Shown piece by piece: positions 52,640-64,000 of a DNA stretch of 64,000 nt (position 1 is its first letter; every line of letters starts with the position of its first letter). The notes under the pieces were generated by a model that saw nothing but the letters and a program-made list of their open reading frames with translations, was not told where the DNA came from and did no database searches. The DNA is from Selaginella moellendorffii. Lineage: Eukaryota; Plantae; Lycopodiophyta. The translations under genes and the position numbers were made by a program. Location: the NCBI RefSeq assembly GCF_000143415.4, contig NW_003314268.1, forward strand, positions 3,728,559 to 3,792,558. Reading direction: 5' to 3'.

Positions 52640-54877
52640 ATGCTTGGCGCGGTGCGATTCGTCTCCAGGGATTCGGTCGCGTCGTCTTCAAATGTAAGCT
52701 CGTAGATCGAGATTATTCTAGCGCTCACTCCGCCGAGCTCTCTTACAGGATGTGGATCGCGAGGGAAAGACGGCCGATGCCGATGATCCAGAGATGCTTG
52801 CCAAGCGGAAGAACGCTGGCTTGGAATGGATGTCAGTGGCGCCAAGCAGGCCTCAACGAGCCGTCCCCAAGGAAGAGATTGCTCCTTCCAAGGCAGAGCG
52901 CGACGAGGTTAGAAATTCTAGTCCCGTTTTCGTTTCCTCACAATCACGTATGGATGAAATGAACAGAAACCTCCCTCGAATTCAAAGGAGCTCAATCCAC
53001 ACTGGAAAGATGGCGGCGAAGGATTTCCAGAAGAAGAACATGTAGCTCGACGAGTTCCCGGAGGTGTCGGCGATGGGGGTGCTAGTTGGCTTCTCAAGGG
53101 ATTAAAGCGTGCTCAAGAGCGTGCGGCACGAGAAGGAGCGAGTCTTCCAGATGTAAGTGTTTCTCTTCCATTTTCCTCTTTACTTCTCGTGGCTTATGAA
53201 TTGAGGGGATACAGGTTATCAGTGATCGATGGGGATCGTTTGATGCGTTCTCTCGCGTAAGTAACAAGCGAGCGGCACATTCCAACGCACATCTCCATGC
53301 TATTCGCGACAGAAAACGTAAGTACGAGCAGGAACAGGAGGCAGGACGCTCAGAGGATGAGCCTGCGAAAGAAGATTCTCGGTCTGCGAGGGAAGGTTCT
53401 CGGATGAGAGCTCCGAGGGTGGATGGATCACTCAAATGGAAGTCACAGAGGAGGGATACCATGCGCTCCGAGGACTCTGCAGTCCTCAAGGCCGCGGCAG
53501 CGTCTTACAACATATTTGAGAACGATGGGAGCTTTATGGAGAAGTTTAAACAGATGCAGGAGAAGACGGATAGAGACAAGCCGGATCAATCGAGTGGTGG
53601 TGGTGATGATGCTGTAAAGAACAAGGTCGCTACCATTCAGAGACGTGTTCGCGAAAGCAAGGATTCAAACTATGACAGATCAGGTCATGATGCGGCAATC
53701 CAAGGACGTGCTAGCGAAAGCAATGGACCAGAGGTCGATCAACCGACAGCTGATGATGATCCTGTGAAGAGGAAGATAGCTGCAATCCAGAGACGTGCTC
53801 AAAACAAAGATTCCGATGGTGACAAGGTTAAAGCTTCGGCTGGCGGCGATGATGCGGTGATGAAGAAAATCACTGCCATCCAGAGACATGCTCAAGAAAA
53901 CAAGGACTCCGATGCGTTCCTTGCGTCAAAGATTTATCGCTCGAGGGAGAGGTATCAAGCCGACGATGAGTACGACGACGTTGGAATCGAAAGCGATGCT
54001 TATAAGAAAAAGTCGGCAAGGAAGGGAATGACGAAGGCCAAGAACAGCGCGGTCTCTCAGTACAATCGTATTCAGACACAGAACGAGCGCTGCCGGTATT
54101 GCTTTGAAAACTCGTCGAGGCCGAAACATCTAACAATCGCGATTGGCAACTTCACGTACTTGATGCTTCCTCCCACGTCTTCACTTGTACCGGGACATTG
54201 CTACATTGTTCCTTCGCAAGTAAGCTCTTCTTTCAAAGTTTTCACTAAATGCTAAAGCTCGCGTTTGATTTAATAGCACGAAGGCTCTACAAGGAACGTT
54301 GACGACGATGTCTGGGGTGAGATTCGGAACTTTAAAAAGTGCCTGCTCAAGATGTTCAAGGAGCAAGAGAAGGATGTGATATTTCTAGAAACGGCCATGA
54401 ATCTCTCGCAGCAACGTAGGCATTGTCTGGTCGAATGCATCCCCGTTCCTCCCAACGTACTCCAGCAAGGTCCGCTTTACTTCAAAAAGGCAAGTCCTTA
54501 CGTCGATTACTGCCGGAATGACTTTACTCACACCGTGTAATGACCAGGCAATCGACGAGGCCGAAGATGAATGGAGCCAGCACAACGCGAAGAAGCTTAT
54601 AGACACCAGAGGCAAGGGGCTTCGCTCCTCCATACCAAAGAACTTTCCGTACTTTCATGTGGAGTTCGGGCTGGAAGGCGGCTATTGCCATGTGATTGAC
54701 AACGAAGAGGACTTCGACAGCAACTTTGGTCGGAACGTTCTCATCGGCATGCTCAAGCTTCCCCAGGAGGCGATGCACCAGAAGGCAAAGCACGCGTCAT
54801 TTGATCATCAAACGACTGCTGTGAAAGAGTTCCTAGAGCAGTGGAGGCCTCACGATTGGACGCAAATGCTCCAGTGA
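52640..54877 (+). CDS. CWF19L2: CWF19-like protein 2 (CwfJ family), multi-exon
   Basis: N-terminal MLGAVRFVSRD; VGDGGASW; CRYCFEN, PGHCYIVP, FLETAM..RRHCLVECIPVP, PKNFPYFHVEFG, HDWTQML. Confidence 0.92.
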
Positions 54878-54950
54878 GCAATGGAACTTGTACTTGTATG
54901 ATAGGTAATTTATTTTCCATCTCAGTATTTACACTTCTCAGTTCCAGAGT

Positions 54951-56467
54951 CTATTCTTCTTTCTTCAGCCGTTGTTGTTGCAAGGCGCCAGTGAAGAACA
55001 CTGGCACGAGCGTGAATGCAGCCTCTACAACAATCCCCAGCGCCAAGTAGTCGAAGTTCTGTGAAGAAATACCGAGTAGCGCAGCGAGAGCAACTCCAAA
55101 GTATCCGCTCGCCAGGTTGGCCAGGCACAGGCAGGCCGAGAAGACAGCCATGAGCGTCCCCTCGGCTCCCGGTGGACAAATCTTTCCCAGCAACACCGCG
55201 AAGGGAAGAGCCTTGAACAGGCCTATGGCTTCAACTAGTCCCGCGAACAAGAGCACGAAGTATTCGTCCGTCACGCCCAGCAGCCGCGAGTTGAGCCGCT
55301 TGACGAGGAGAACATCGAGGAGCATCGAGGAAGCTAGAACGATCTGGATGCTTGCGGCCAGCTTCGCGAGTGGAACGTCCTTGAGGTAGCTGCTGAAGGA
55401 TACAGTAGCCAAAAGAAGCCCGAGCTGAGCCACGGCCTTGGAGAGGCCGAGGTAGAACGAGTCGACGCGGAGAACCTGGGTTTGATAGTAGAAGACGCTG
55501 CCGAGCAACGAAGGGATGATGGTGACCGACAAGGTGAACCAGAGAAGTGGACGGAGTATGTCCGGCCTTTTCACCAGGTTTGCCATCTCCACAGCCTGTT
55601 GTGTCATGCTTTTGCGTTTATGTTTTTTCCCTGGCTGATCCTTGTCGTTGTCACTCTTTGCAGCGACCTCCTGCGATGCAACCACGGACTTCTCGCTTAC
55701 GGAGTATGACACGGCAAAGTTGAGCGTCACCACCATGAGGAACATCGAAAAAATGGTCGTGGTTTGGAGCTTACTCAGTGCTACCCCGGCCAGCAAGTTC
55801 CCCAGCGTTGCCCCCAGCGAAAAGGCGACCATTGAGAAGGACTGGAGCTCACCTGGGGAGCTCCCCCGTCGCTTGCCACACTCGGCCACCAGAGCATCGT
55901 TTGCGACCTCGCCAATGGCGACGCCAAAGTTGCTGAGAGTGAGGTAGAGCGCGAGGAGGCCGATCGAGTTGGCGACTTTGGGGAGAAACGCAATACTTCC
56001 CCACGAGAGAAGTTGTATCAGGCCTGCAAGGAGTGAAAGAATGTAAGTTTTCTAAGAACAATTGGTAACACCGACCAAGAATCTATCTGGAAGAAACTTG
56101 GAAGAAAATCTAAGAACAGTACATCAAAAGAAAACGCGCAAGAGAATCAAAGAAGACGTAGAAAGGAGAAAGGAACCGAAAGCTACGTACCTGCGAAGAT
56201 AAGATATGGAACCCGGTGAGCTCCATTGATGTAGATGGCGTCGGAGACAACGCCGTAGAGTGGCTTGGCAAGAAATGGCAAATTGGTGCTTTGCTGCAAG
56301 AACTGGAGCATTCCCGGATTCAGCTGGAGATCGTCCTTGAGATGGTAATTCACGGCCAGCCACGGGAAGCACCGGAATCCCTGCACCCAAAACCCCACGC
56401 CGATCAGCGCCAGCAGCGGCATTCCATACACGCCGCGCATGCGATCCACCCACGAGCTGGCCGCCAT
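54951..56467 (-). CDS. Folate/biopterin transporter (BT1 family, MFS), 2 exons
   Basis: WVQGFRCFPWLAVNYHLKD, AKPLYGVVSD..GAHRVPY, EVANDALVAE, CPPGAEGTLMA. Confidence 0.92.
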
Positions 56468-56806
56468 CGCCGAATTCGCGAGAGAGGGAAAATCAAGAGA
56501 GAAAGAAGATTGGAGGGATCAAGGATGATCGAATCAATATGAATGAATCGAATGGAAATAAAAATGCACGAGTGCTCCTCGATCCGGCTTCTACCAGGCC
56601 GAGGGAGAGAGCTTAAAAAAAACCCTAGAAAAACCAAAAGGTTTGCTTTGAAGGTGATGTGCCACTCGCTGGTAGTGCTACTTGTCAGTGCAAGGAGCAA
56701 GCCAACGGACACACAAGACAGAATATCCCTCTCAAGCCCAATGGATATTCTGTCAGGGGCAAACGGGATGACAGAATATCCCTCTCTACTAAGAACCCTA
56801 AATCTT

Positions 56807-57117
56807 TCAATGATCTTTGTCGTCGTAAGAAATGTGGGGGAGGGTTTTGCACCCGGGGGCCTGCGGATCCTCCGCGCCGCAGCAATCGTAGAATTTGGCG
56901 TCGTAGGGCGGGTCGTCGGGCCCCAATTCGTAGTACCTGGCATGGCGCTCTTAATTTCACTGATTTTCCTGCTCTAGTTTTTGTTTTCTTGCCTCTTTTG
57001 ATCGTCGTGTCGGCGGCACACAAACATGGCGCTGTGGAACCGACACGATGCCGACGTGTTGAGCGCCGGATCGAATGTTGTCTTGCACCGCTTGCAAACT
57101 TTCCCCCCTCCTTCCAT
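56807..57117 (-). CDS. Small conserved Cys/His-rich (putative zinc-binding) protein, 84 aa
   Basis: CKRCK..CRFH..CRRHDDQKR|YYELGPDDPPYDAKFYDCCG..GC..H, joined through GC-AG intron 56937-56992. Confidence 0.8.
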
Positions 57118-57237
57118 GGCCCGCCTGGAGAGAAACCCCAGAGATGAATTCCAAGCGGGAAGAATCATGGGTTTATATTATACAGTGAGTTAACCTTTCT
57201 TCTTGCTTTCCTTTCTCCTTACTTACAATCAATCTTT

Positions 57238-58302
57238 TCAAACAAAACGAACAACGACACACGAAATATCGTCCATGCTCTTGAGCGCCAGGGCCTCGTC
57301 CGTCAACCTCTTCGCGGCGTTTTTTGGGTTCTTGATCTTCTTTATCAAATCCACAGCGTGTTGGTTCTTCATCACCTGCATGTAGCGTGTGAACAAACGA
57401 TGCAAAATCCGACCCTTGATTACCTTCCAGAGCCCATCACTCGCGAGTATCAAAAACTCCGCGTCTGGAGAGAGCTGCTCGTCGACAATGTCCGGCTCCG
57501 CGCTCAAGTGATCCTTGAGGTTCTTGTCGCCGAAAGCTCGAGCTACGGCCAATTGGCCATCAACGCGAGGCACATCGCCTGGAAGTAGGAAGAGAATCAC
57601 TTTGCCAAGCTCGACGGGAAGAACAAAGACAAGTTGTACAGAACCTGGCATGTTGAGAACAAAGCCGCCTCTGTCCCGGATGTTCTTGTGCTCCGAGGCG
57701 TTGCTGGGCTCGTGATCGACCGAGAGCTGGCGAGCCTTGCCGGCCTCGCTCAGCACGGCGCGGGAGTCACCTATGTTGGCCACCAGTAATCTTAATCCGT
57801 CTACCAAAATTGCAGTCACTGCAGTAGAGCCGCCGGAGCCCAGCTCCGGGGCCTTGGCTAGTATGGTTTGATCCGTCTCCTGGTACGCCTTCCTTATTGC
57901 ATTGCTCGGGTTTGTAAAGAATCCTGGCTGTTTTGTAGCGATCAATCGATCAGCGAGAGTGAAACCAAGATGGATTTGTTTTCGTCACCTCTTTGAGAAT
58001 GTTGTTGAAGAGATTGCGCTTCAAGTAATCGGGAACACTGTGGCCGAGATGCCCGTCGTAGATGGCAAACAAGCCCAGCTCGTGGTTCCTGTGAATCTGG
58101 TACTCGGCGACATAGAAATCTTCCATGGGATGGCTGGCCCTCCCTTTGACGCAAGAGAATCCATGGCGAACCCTTCGTTTGGATTGCTTGCTCTTGCCTT
58201 TGCCCGCGGAGGAATCTGCTGGCGCCTAGAGGGGAGTATCTCGTCACGAATCCGAGGAGAGAGAGGGATTAATCTTACCCGGCGCCGCAGTCTCAAGCAC
58301 AT
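57238..58302 (-). CDS. Protein phosphatase 2C, multi-exon
   Basis: HPMEDF, LFAIYDGHLG, GSTAVTAIL, VANIGDSRAV, SVDHEP, LAVARAFGD, ILASDGLW, DDISCVVV; start uncertain. Confidence 0.92.
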
Positions 58303-58810
58303 TGCTCAGTGATCCTCCTCCCGACGATCGTAGATCGCATCAGGCGCAGCAGCATCGAGATCGGCAATAGGCCTGGCGAAGCCCTACGCTAGCCTTGGTC
58401 GGCAAAGCTCAAGCGCTTGACAAAATCGCACGCAGTCTAGAGTCCGCCATAGCCAGTCAACGCTGGCACTGACAAAAGAAACAAAGAAAGCCGCTTCGGA
58501 TCGGGGCCGTCCGCAGCCACTATGATCCGGTACACGTGGACGGCCCCCAATGCGCGCCGCGTTTTCAAACGCGCAGGTGTGGACTTTTAAAACAAAGATT
58601 ATCGGAAATTAAAGATCAGTTATACAAATTTTCTCAGCTGAAAGGTTGTATAAATGTTTTTCAACAATGAGAATTAGAAAGATCTAGAACTGACTGCTCA
58701 ATGTTTGATTGGGTATCAAATTTGATCCGGAATCAATACTGATTCGTAATCGTGGCTATTGCTTTCTAGGGTTTGGAGCACATTTTCGTTGCGCGCTTGG
58801 AGGAGGCGCC

Positions 58811-59607
58811 ATGCAATCTTTCGGTGAGTTCAGGAGTCTAGATTCGCCCCGTTCCGACTCTACGTGCGTCCCTGGCCCTGGAACCTCTCGCTAAAAATCC
58901 CATCTTTGTGCCAACAATCCAAGCGGACAGTCAGTAGCTCGACTCGAGAGAGTGATCTCTAGGAACACTCTTTCAAGTGGCAATGAAAATCAGTGAGAAG
59001 AGGAATTTGCTCAAGCGGCTTTCTTTCCGAGAGGCGAATGACAAGGTCTGTAGTAGAGATGATCGTGGGTGGACTAATCTTCACGTTGCGGCACGTATGG
59101 GTGACCTTGACGAGGTACTTTCTACAGAATTCCTCTCTTTCGTGCTTTCCTTCACAACGTTTTCTCTGTTGTTCTACAGGTGAAGCGACTTTTGGAGAAT
59201 GGAGCTGATCCAAACGAGCCATCTTTTGGCCCAAAGGCGCCGGGAACTACACCTCTTCACTTGGCTGCGGCTGGAGGCCACCTATCTGTGATCGATGAGC
59301 TTCTCGACAGAGGAGCAAACATCGACGCTCGGACCAAAGGAGGTGGCTGTGGATGTGAGTTTCGACTTCTCTCTTTCCACCAAAAACATACAAGAAAAAA
59401 GGCCCTGATTCGATTTTTCCATTCACAGGGACTCCACTTCACAACGCTGCGAAAGAACGCAACAAGAAGGCGATGCGTTTTCTCTTGAAAAACGGGGCTT
59501 TTCTCCCGGACGATATCGATGACGGACGATTCAATCCCCCACTCCACTACTGTCCAGGCCTCGAATGGGCATACATGATGAGAAGCAAGTTCCTAGCCAA
59601 GGTTTGA
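58811..59607 (+). CDS. Ankyrin-repeat protein, PIA1/PIA2-like
   Basis: DDRGWTNLHVAARMGD, TPLHLAAAGGH, GANIDARTKG..WTPLHNAAKER, RFNPPLHYCPGLEWAY. Confidence 0.88.
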
Positions 59608-59980
59608 GCTGTGTTTTAGTCTCTTTGAAAGAGTTAATGGAATCTATCCTACCTGGTGTGAAGTATACAACTGTCTCAGGCTCGATTCCCAGCTTTCTCG
59701 TCGTCTCCGCAAATGGCGTGTGAGATGGAAGCTCCGTGTCAGCTTGTTTCTATCCTGACGAAACCGGATTAATCATCCCATCCGGTAATGCTTTTTCTTT
59801 CTTTTTTTGATTTTGTTTACACACAGGTTGAATTTGTCCCTCTTAGTTTGTGTCACGGATGCTGCCTGACGAAGCCGCATGTCCAATTGTGAATGGACTT
59901 GATGAGAACAGGCACAGGTAGGTCGATTGTTGGATTTGGGGATTGGCGAGCAAAACTGCGCGAGAAAATCAGCTCAAGAG

Positions 59981-61942
59981 ATGAGGCGCTTGTGCGTGCT
60001 TGGAGCGCTCAGAGGCCGCGCGCTGCTGAGATCTTCAGCTGCTTGTCAATTCAGACTCGATGGTGTAAATCAGCTTCCAAAAATTGTAAGTTTCTGCTGT
60101 GCTCTCTGGTTTCTTCTTTGATGTGAGGCATTCATTCATTCTTTCTTTGATCCAGTTTGTGCAGCAAAGGGCTGAGAAATTCTTCCCACCTGTAAGTTTG
60201 CTTCTTTGTTCGTGGTTGATTTTCCTTGTCCTGGAAAATCTGATTTTTAAGTTGGACTGTAGAGGCAACGGAATTTTTTGTGCACGATGAGCGGGGAAGC
60301 AGCGAACATGGTGTCTGAGGCAGGCATTGTGGAGGTGCCTCTGGCTCAAACAGGCGAGGGCATTGTAGATTGCGAGCTTGTGAGATGGTTCGTGAAGGAG
60401 GTATGCTCATAGTATAGGCTTTTGGTTCTCGACTAAAAATCGGTGTCTGAAAGGATCGCAGGGAGAATGTGTGGAGGAATTCCAGCCGCTTTGCGAGGTC
60501 CAAAGTGACAAGGCCACCATCGAAATCACGAGTAGATATAAAGGAAAGGTGTCAAAAGTGAACTTTATGCCCGGAGCCGTGGTTAAGGTAATAGAGATAC
60601 TACTTAGCCCAGTCGAAGCTAACACCTTGCTTCTTTGGTTTTTTTCGGGTCGGAGAGACTCTGCTGGAGATAATGATCTCGGATGGAGATGGAAGTTTCA
60701 AGCTCGAAGAGAAGGAGAATTCCCAGCGAGAACGAGAAGTTCTTGCAACACCGGCGGTTCGCAGCCTGGCAAGGCAGCTTGGCATTGCGTTGAAGGACGT
60801 TGCTGGCAGTGGCGAAGCGGGGAGAGTACTCAAAGACGACGTCTTGAAAATCGCTTCGGTAAAAGAGGCTGTGGAAAGCGATATCACCGGCATCAGCTCG
60901 ACACCCGCCGAGACTGGTGAAACGGTCCCAGCGGACGAAATTACCGACTTCGACAAGATTTCGGCAGATAGAGTCGAGCAGATGCAAGACGATAAAGTCA
61001 TCCCAGTCAGGTTGATGTTTTTTTCGCTTTCCAGAAACCAGTCCTTTATGTTGTTTTCTTTTCTTTTCAGAGGTTTCAGGCGGATTATGGCCAAAACCAT
61101 GGCTGCCGCGGCATCCGTTCCTCACTTTCATTACATGGAGGAGATCAATGTGGATGCTCTTGTCAAATTAAGAGCTCATCTTCAATTACAAACTCGCTCC
61201 AAGCTTACTTTCCTCCCGTTTCTCATCAAAGCACTCTCGCTGACGCTGGTCAGGTACCCCATACTCAACAGCAACATCAATCAGGACGCGTCGGAAATCC
61301 GCTGCAAGAGTAAGTGTCTTCTCAAGTTTTTTTACTCTGATCTTCGCGCTTTGTTTGTTTTCCTTTATGCAGCATGGCACAATGTTGGAGTCGCTATGGC
61401 TACTGATTCTGGCCTGGCAGTGCCAAACATCAAGCAAGTTCAGAAGCTTTCACTGGAAGAGGTAGTAAACCTCCAAACTTGTGTTCTTTACGAGCGACTA
61501 AACAGCTTTGCTTTCGCTTCTTTGATGCAAATCAACAGATTGCTGACGAGATAACGAGGCTCTCAAAGCTGGCCGCGGCCAACAAGCTGACCCCAGACGA
61601 CGTGAGCAATGGCACAATAACCGTGTCAAACTTTGGAGCCATTGGTGGCAAGTTCGGCTCTCCCGTGCTCAATCTCCCGGAGGCGGCCATCCTCGCCGTG
61701 GGAAGAATCCAAAAGCTTCCGAGGTTCAATGAGGAGGGCCGAGTCTATCCAGCCTCGATTATGAGCGTAAGTTTCTTCGTTTCGAAGCTTCTGAGGAGGA
61801 TCAAACTCTCACCTTGGCAATTGCGTAGGTGACGTTGGGTGCCGATCACAGGGTTATTGACGGAGCAACCATCGCAAGGTTTTGCAATGAATGGAAGGAT
61901 ATGGTGGAGCATCCGGAAAAATTCCTCCTTAGCCTCAAATAA
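59981..61942 (+). CDS. BCE2: Branched-chain alpha-keto acid dehydrogenase E2 (lipoamide acyltransferase)
   Basis: VPLAQTGEGI; lipoyl motif CEVQSDKATIEITSRY; ATPAVR; SNFGAIGG; GADHRVIDGATIARFC. Confidence 0.93.
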
Positions 61943-62571
61943 CAAGGACTCTAAGCTTGAGCTTGTGACCTTGAACGCTTTTTTTTATTTTTCTTTTTCT
62001 TTTTCTTTCTTCACGTGAAGCTTGGCAACGTAAAACGTCAGCTCACGAGGCACATACCAAAACCATGTCAATGCTCTCGACGATTGAAAAAAGCCAGGCT
62101 TAGGATGAAGTAGAATAGAAATGAGAAAGGAATCTTACATGGGCGGCTGGGATTGGCGGCCAGAGAAAATCTAATGGTCAGGTCCCACAGCCATGGGCGG
62201 ACCATACAAACGGCGGCAGGACATCAGGTCCACGTGCCGGTGGCGGTCGCGTGGTAGCCACCGGTTTGGCCGGTCCCCAGAGTTTCCAATTTATTGAGGC
62301 CCTGCTGCCTTACATGAAATTAGGGCTTCCTCCATGGTTTGTTTGCGGGAAGGAGCTTTGTCTGCTGCGCTGCGCCTAGGGTTTGGATCGTTGCGGCTGC
62401 CTGTGCTTGCATCCGCCCCGCCCGGATCTCCTCTTGCATGCTCGGCAGCAGTCCGGGTGTAATCGCGCGCTGGAGGTCTGTGGGAAGAATCGAGAGAGAG
62501 AGAGGGAAATTTCTCTCGGTTTTGGCGGTGAAATGCAGCAGGAGTCGCCCCGATTGTGAGGCGCACGAGTC

Positions 62572-63557
62572 ATGAATCTCACCGCGGAGGAACCGGAGGC
62601 CCATGGCAGCAGCAAGATGGAGGGCGGCAGCTATTTCGGAGGGGGGGGCTCGCTCGAGGTCAAGGTTCTCTATGTGCGAGTGAGCTACTGCCCGCTGGAT
62701 GGGAATCCCGACTCCCTGGTGGTGCGCTTCCCCTCGCGGACGATCGACAAGTACCTGGAGGTGAATGGAGCCCGGATTCCTCCCTCCGAGGAGATTTCTC
62801 TGGCTCTCCGGAGGGACAGGATGGACACCGAGTCCGTGGAGGTGACTTACGTCGGCACGGACCACTTGCATGTTGTGGGGTCTGTTGGTTTTGAGGTTGT
62901 CGATAAGGAGGAAGTTCTTCTCAGTGGAGTGCTCCAGAAGGTGGAGAAGAAGTCCTCGTCCACCAACAAGGCCGGAAGCGTTGTATGGAATATGGAGTGC
63001 AACTGTGCTTTGGGATCAGCTGGATGTGTTTTCACTCGTGGCCGCCACGAGTACTTCCTCACACCACCGACAATGGAGATCTGCGTCGTGGGCTCCCACT
63101 CTGGATCGCCGATAATCTTGACTCGGACTGTTCATCTCATGGCCCGGCGGAGAGTGACCCGGTGTGGAATGCTTGATGCCATTCCAGAGGACGAGGAGTG
63201 TCATCGCTCACAGAACAGAGCTGCTACGGACTCTGAGGTTGGTAGACCAGACTTTTCTTCGCTTTCTATTCTAAAAGTTTGCTTTTTTTGTCCCTTTTGC
63301 GGTGGCTCCAGGTTGATGCGAGTGACACGATTCAAGCAAGTAATGAGAACCAAGAACTTGGGCTGAGCAAGTTCTTCCTGCCCGAGGCAACCGGGTATGG
63401 GGAGAACGAGGACGGGGAGATGTCCTGGTTTAACGCGGGTGTCAGGGTAGGCGTTGGTATCGGCCTGGGGATGTGCCTGGGCGTTGGCATAGGTGTTGGC
63501 CTCATGGTCCGGACGTACCAGGCCACAACCAGGAGCTTCAGGAGAAGGCTGTTTTGA
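62572..63557 (+). CDS. At1g01500-like conserved plant protein with C-terminal Gly-rich TM helix, 2 exons
   Basis: LEVKVLYVRVS, LRRDRMD..EVTYVGTD, SWFNAGVRVGVGIGLGMCLGVGIGVGLMVRTYQATTRSFRRRLF. Confidence 0.88.
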
Positions 63558-64000
63558 GGGACTTCCATCTTTTGAAAGAGCTCGCAGGAGAAGGGAAAAA
63601 AAAAGAGTGTGTTGGATAACGGTTCGAGTTCCCAGGTGTGTTCCAAAGTTTTAGCAGCTATATAGTTGTGGTGGTGCTACAGTCTCCTCCACAATTGCGG
63701 ATCAGAGTCTAGTCCTTGTGCTCTGTAAAATTCCAAATTTTCTTCTTCTACTAGGCTACTATTTCTCGTGGAACAGCTGTGTCGCGCTGTGGCTTTCGAA
63801 GCTTGTGAACAGACATTTTCTCGCGTCAAGACAAAAAAAAAAGTTTATTCGACTTCTATAGGTAACAAAGTTCTGTTCTTCATTTTATGCTCTTAACTCT
63901 TTTTTGCTAATCAGACTATCGATCTATCTCGTTCGATGCTTTAGTACGGGGGCGGTGAAGCTCGAGCAATCGGTGCTGGAGAGGAGTAAACTGGCGGTGG

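Noticed and set aside
56404-57147. Overlapping 110-180 aa ORFs on both strands
   Set aside because: Shadow frames of the GC-rich small gene and the BT1 5' region

Overview
Plant nuclear DNA, probably a lycophyte such as Selaginella (inferred from ~50-60 nt introns, very short intergenic spacers and land-plant gene families). 1-50.7 kb is an AT-rich nested-transposon island with heavy C>T decay. It holds: (i) a 20.4-kb chromovirus Ty3/gypsy complex (7534-27921) inserted in a GAGACC-type satellite, itself carrying a 5S-bearing Cassandra TRIM, a solo LTR and a near full-length Tat-type element with archaeal-type RNase H between protease and RT; (ii) a second, truncated Tat copy in opposite orientation; (iii) a tiny TRIM, LINE and integrase remnants, and probable Helitron copies; (iv) a ~7.7-kb TIR-bounded DNA transposon (37745-45451). 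This last element is the most interesting: a Sola/DUF7869-like transposase and a divergent ParB/Srx-like gene, with about a dozen copies of a 22-bp palindrome (ATGGCRTG-N6-CAYGCCAT) and internal telomere repeats. From 50.9 kb on are eight tightly packed host genes: SufD, CWF19L2, a folate/biopterin transporter, a small Cys/His protein, a PP2C, a PIA-like ankyrin protein, BCKDH E2 and an At1g01500-like gene. All family calls come from motif recognition by eye; no database searches were run.
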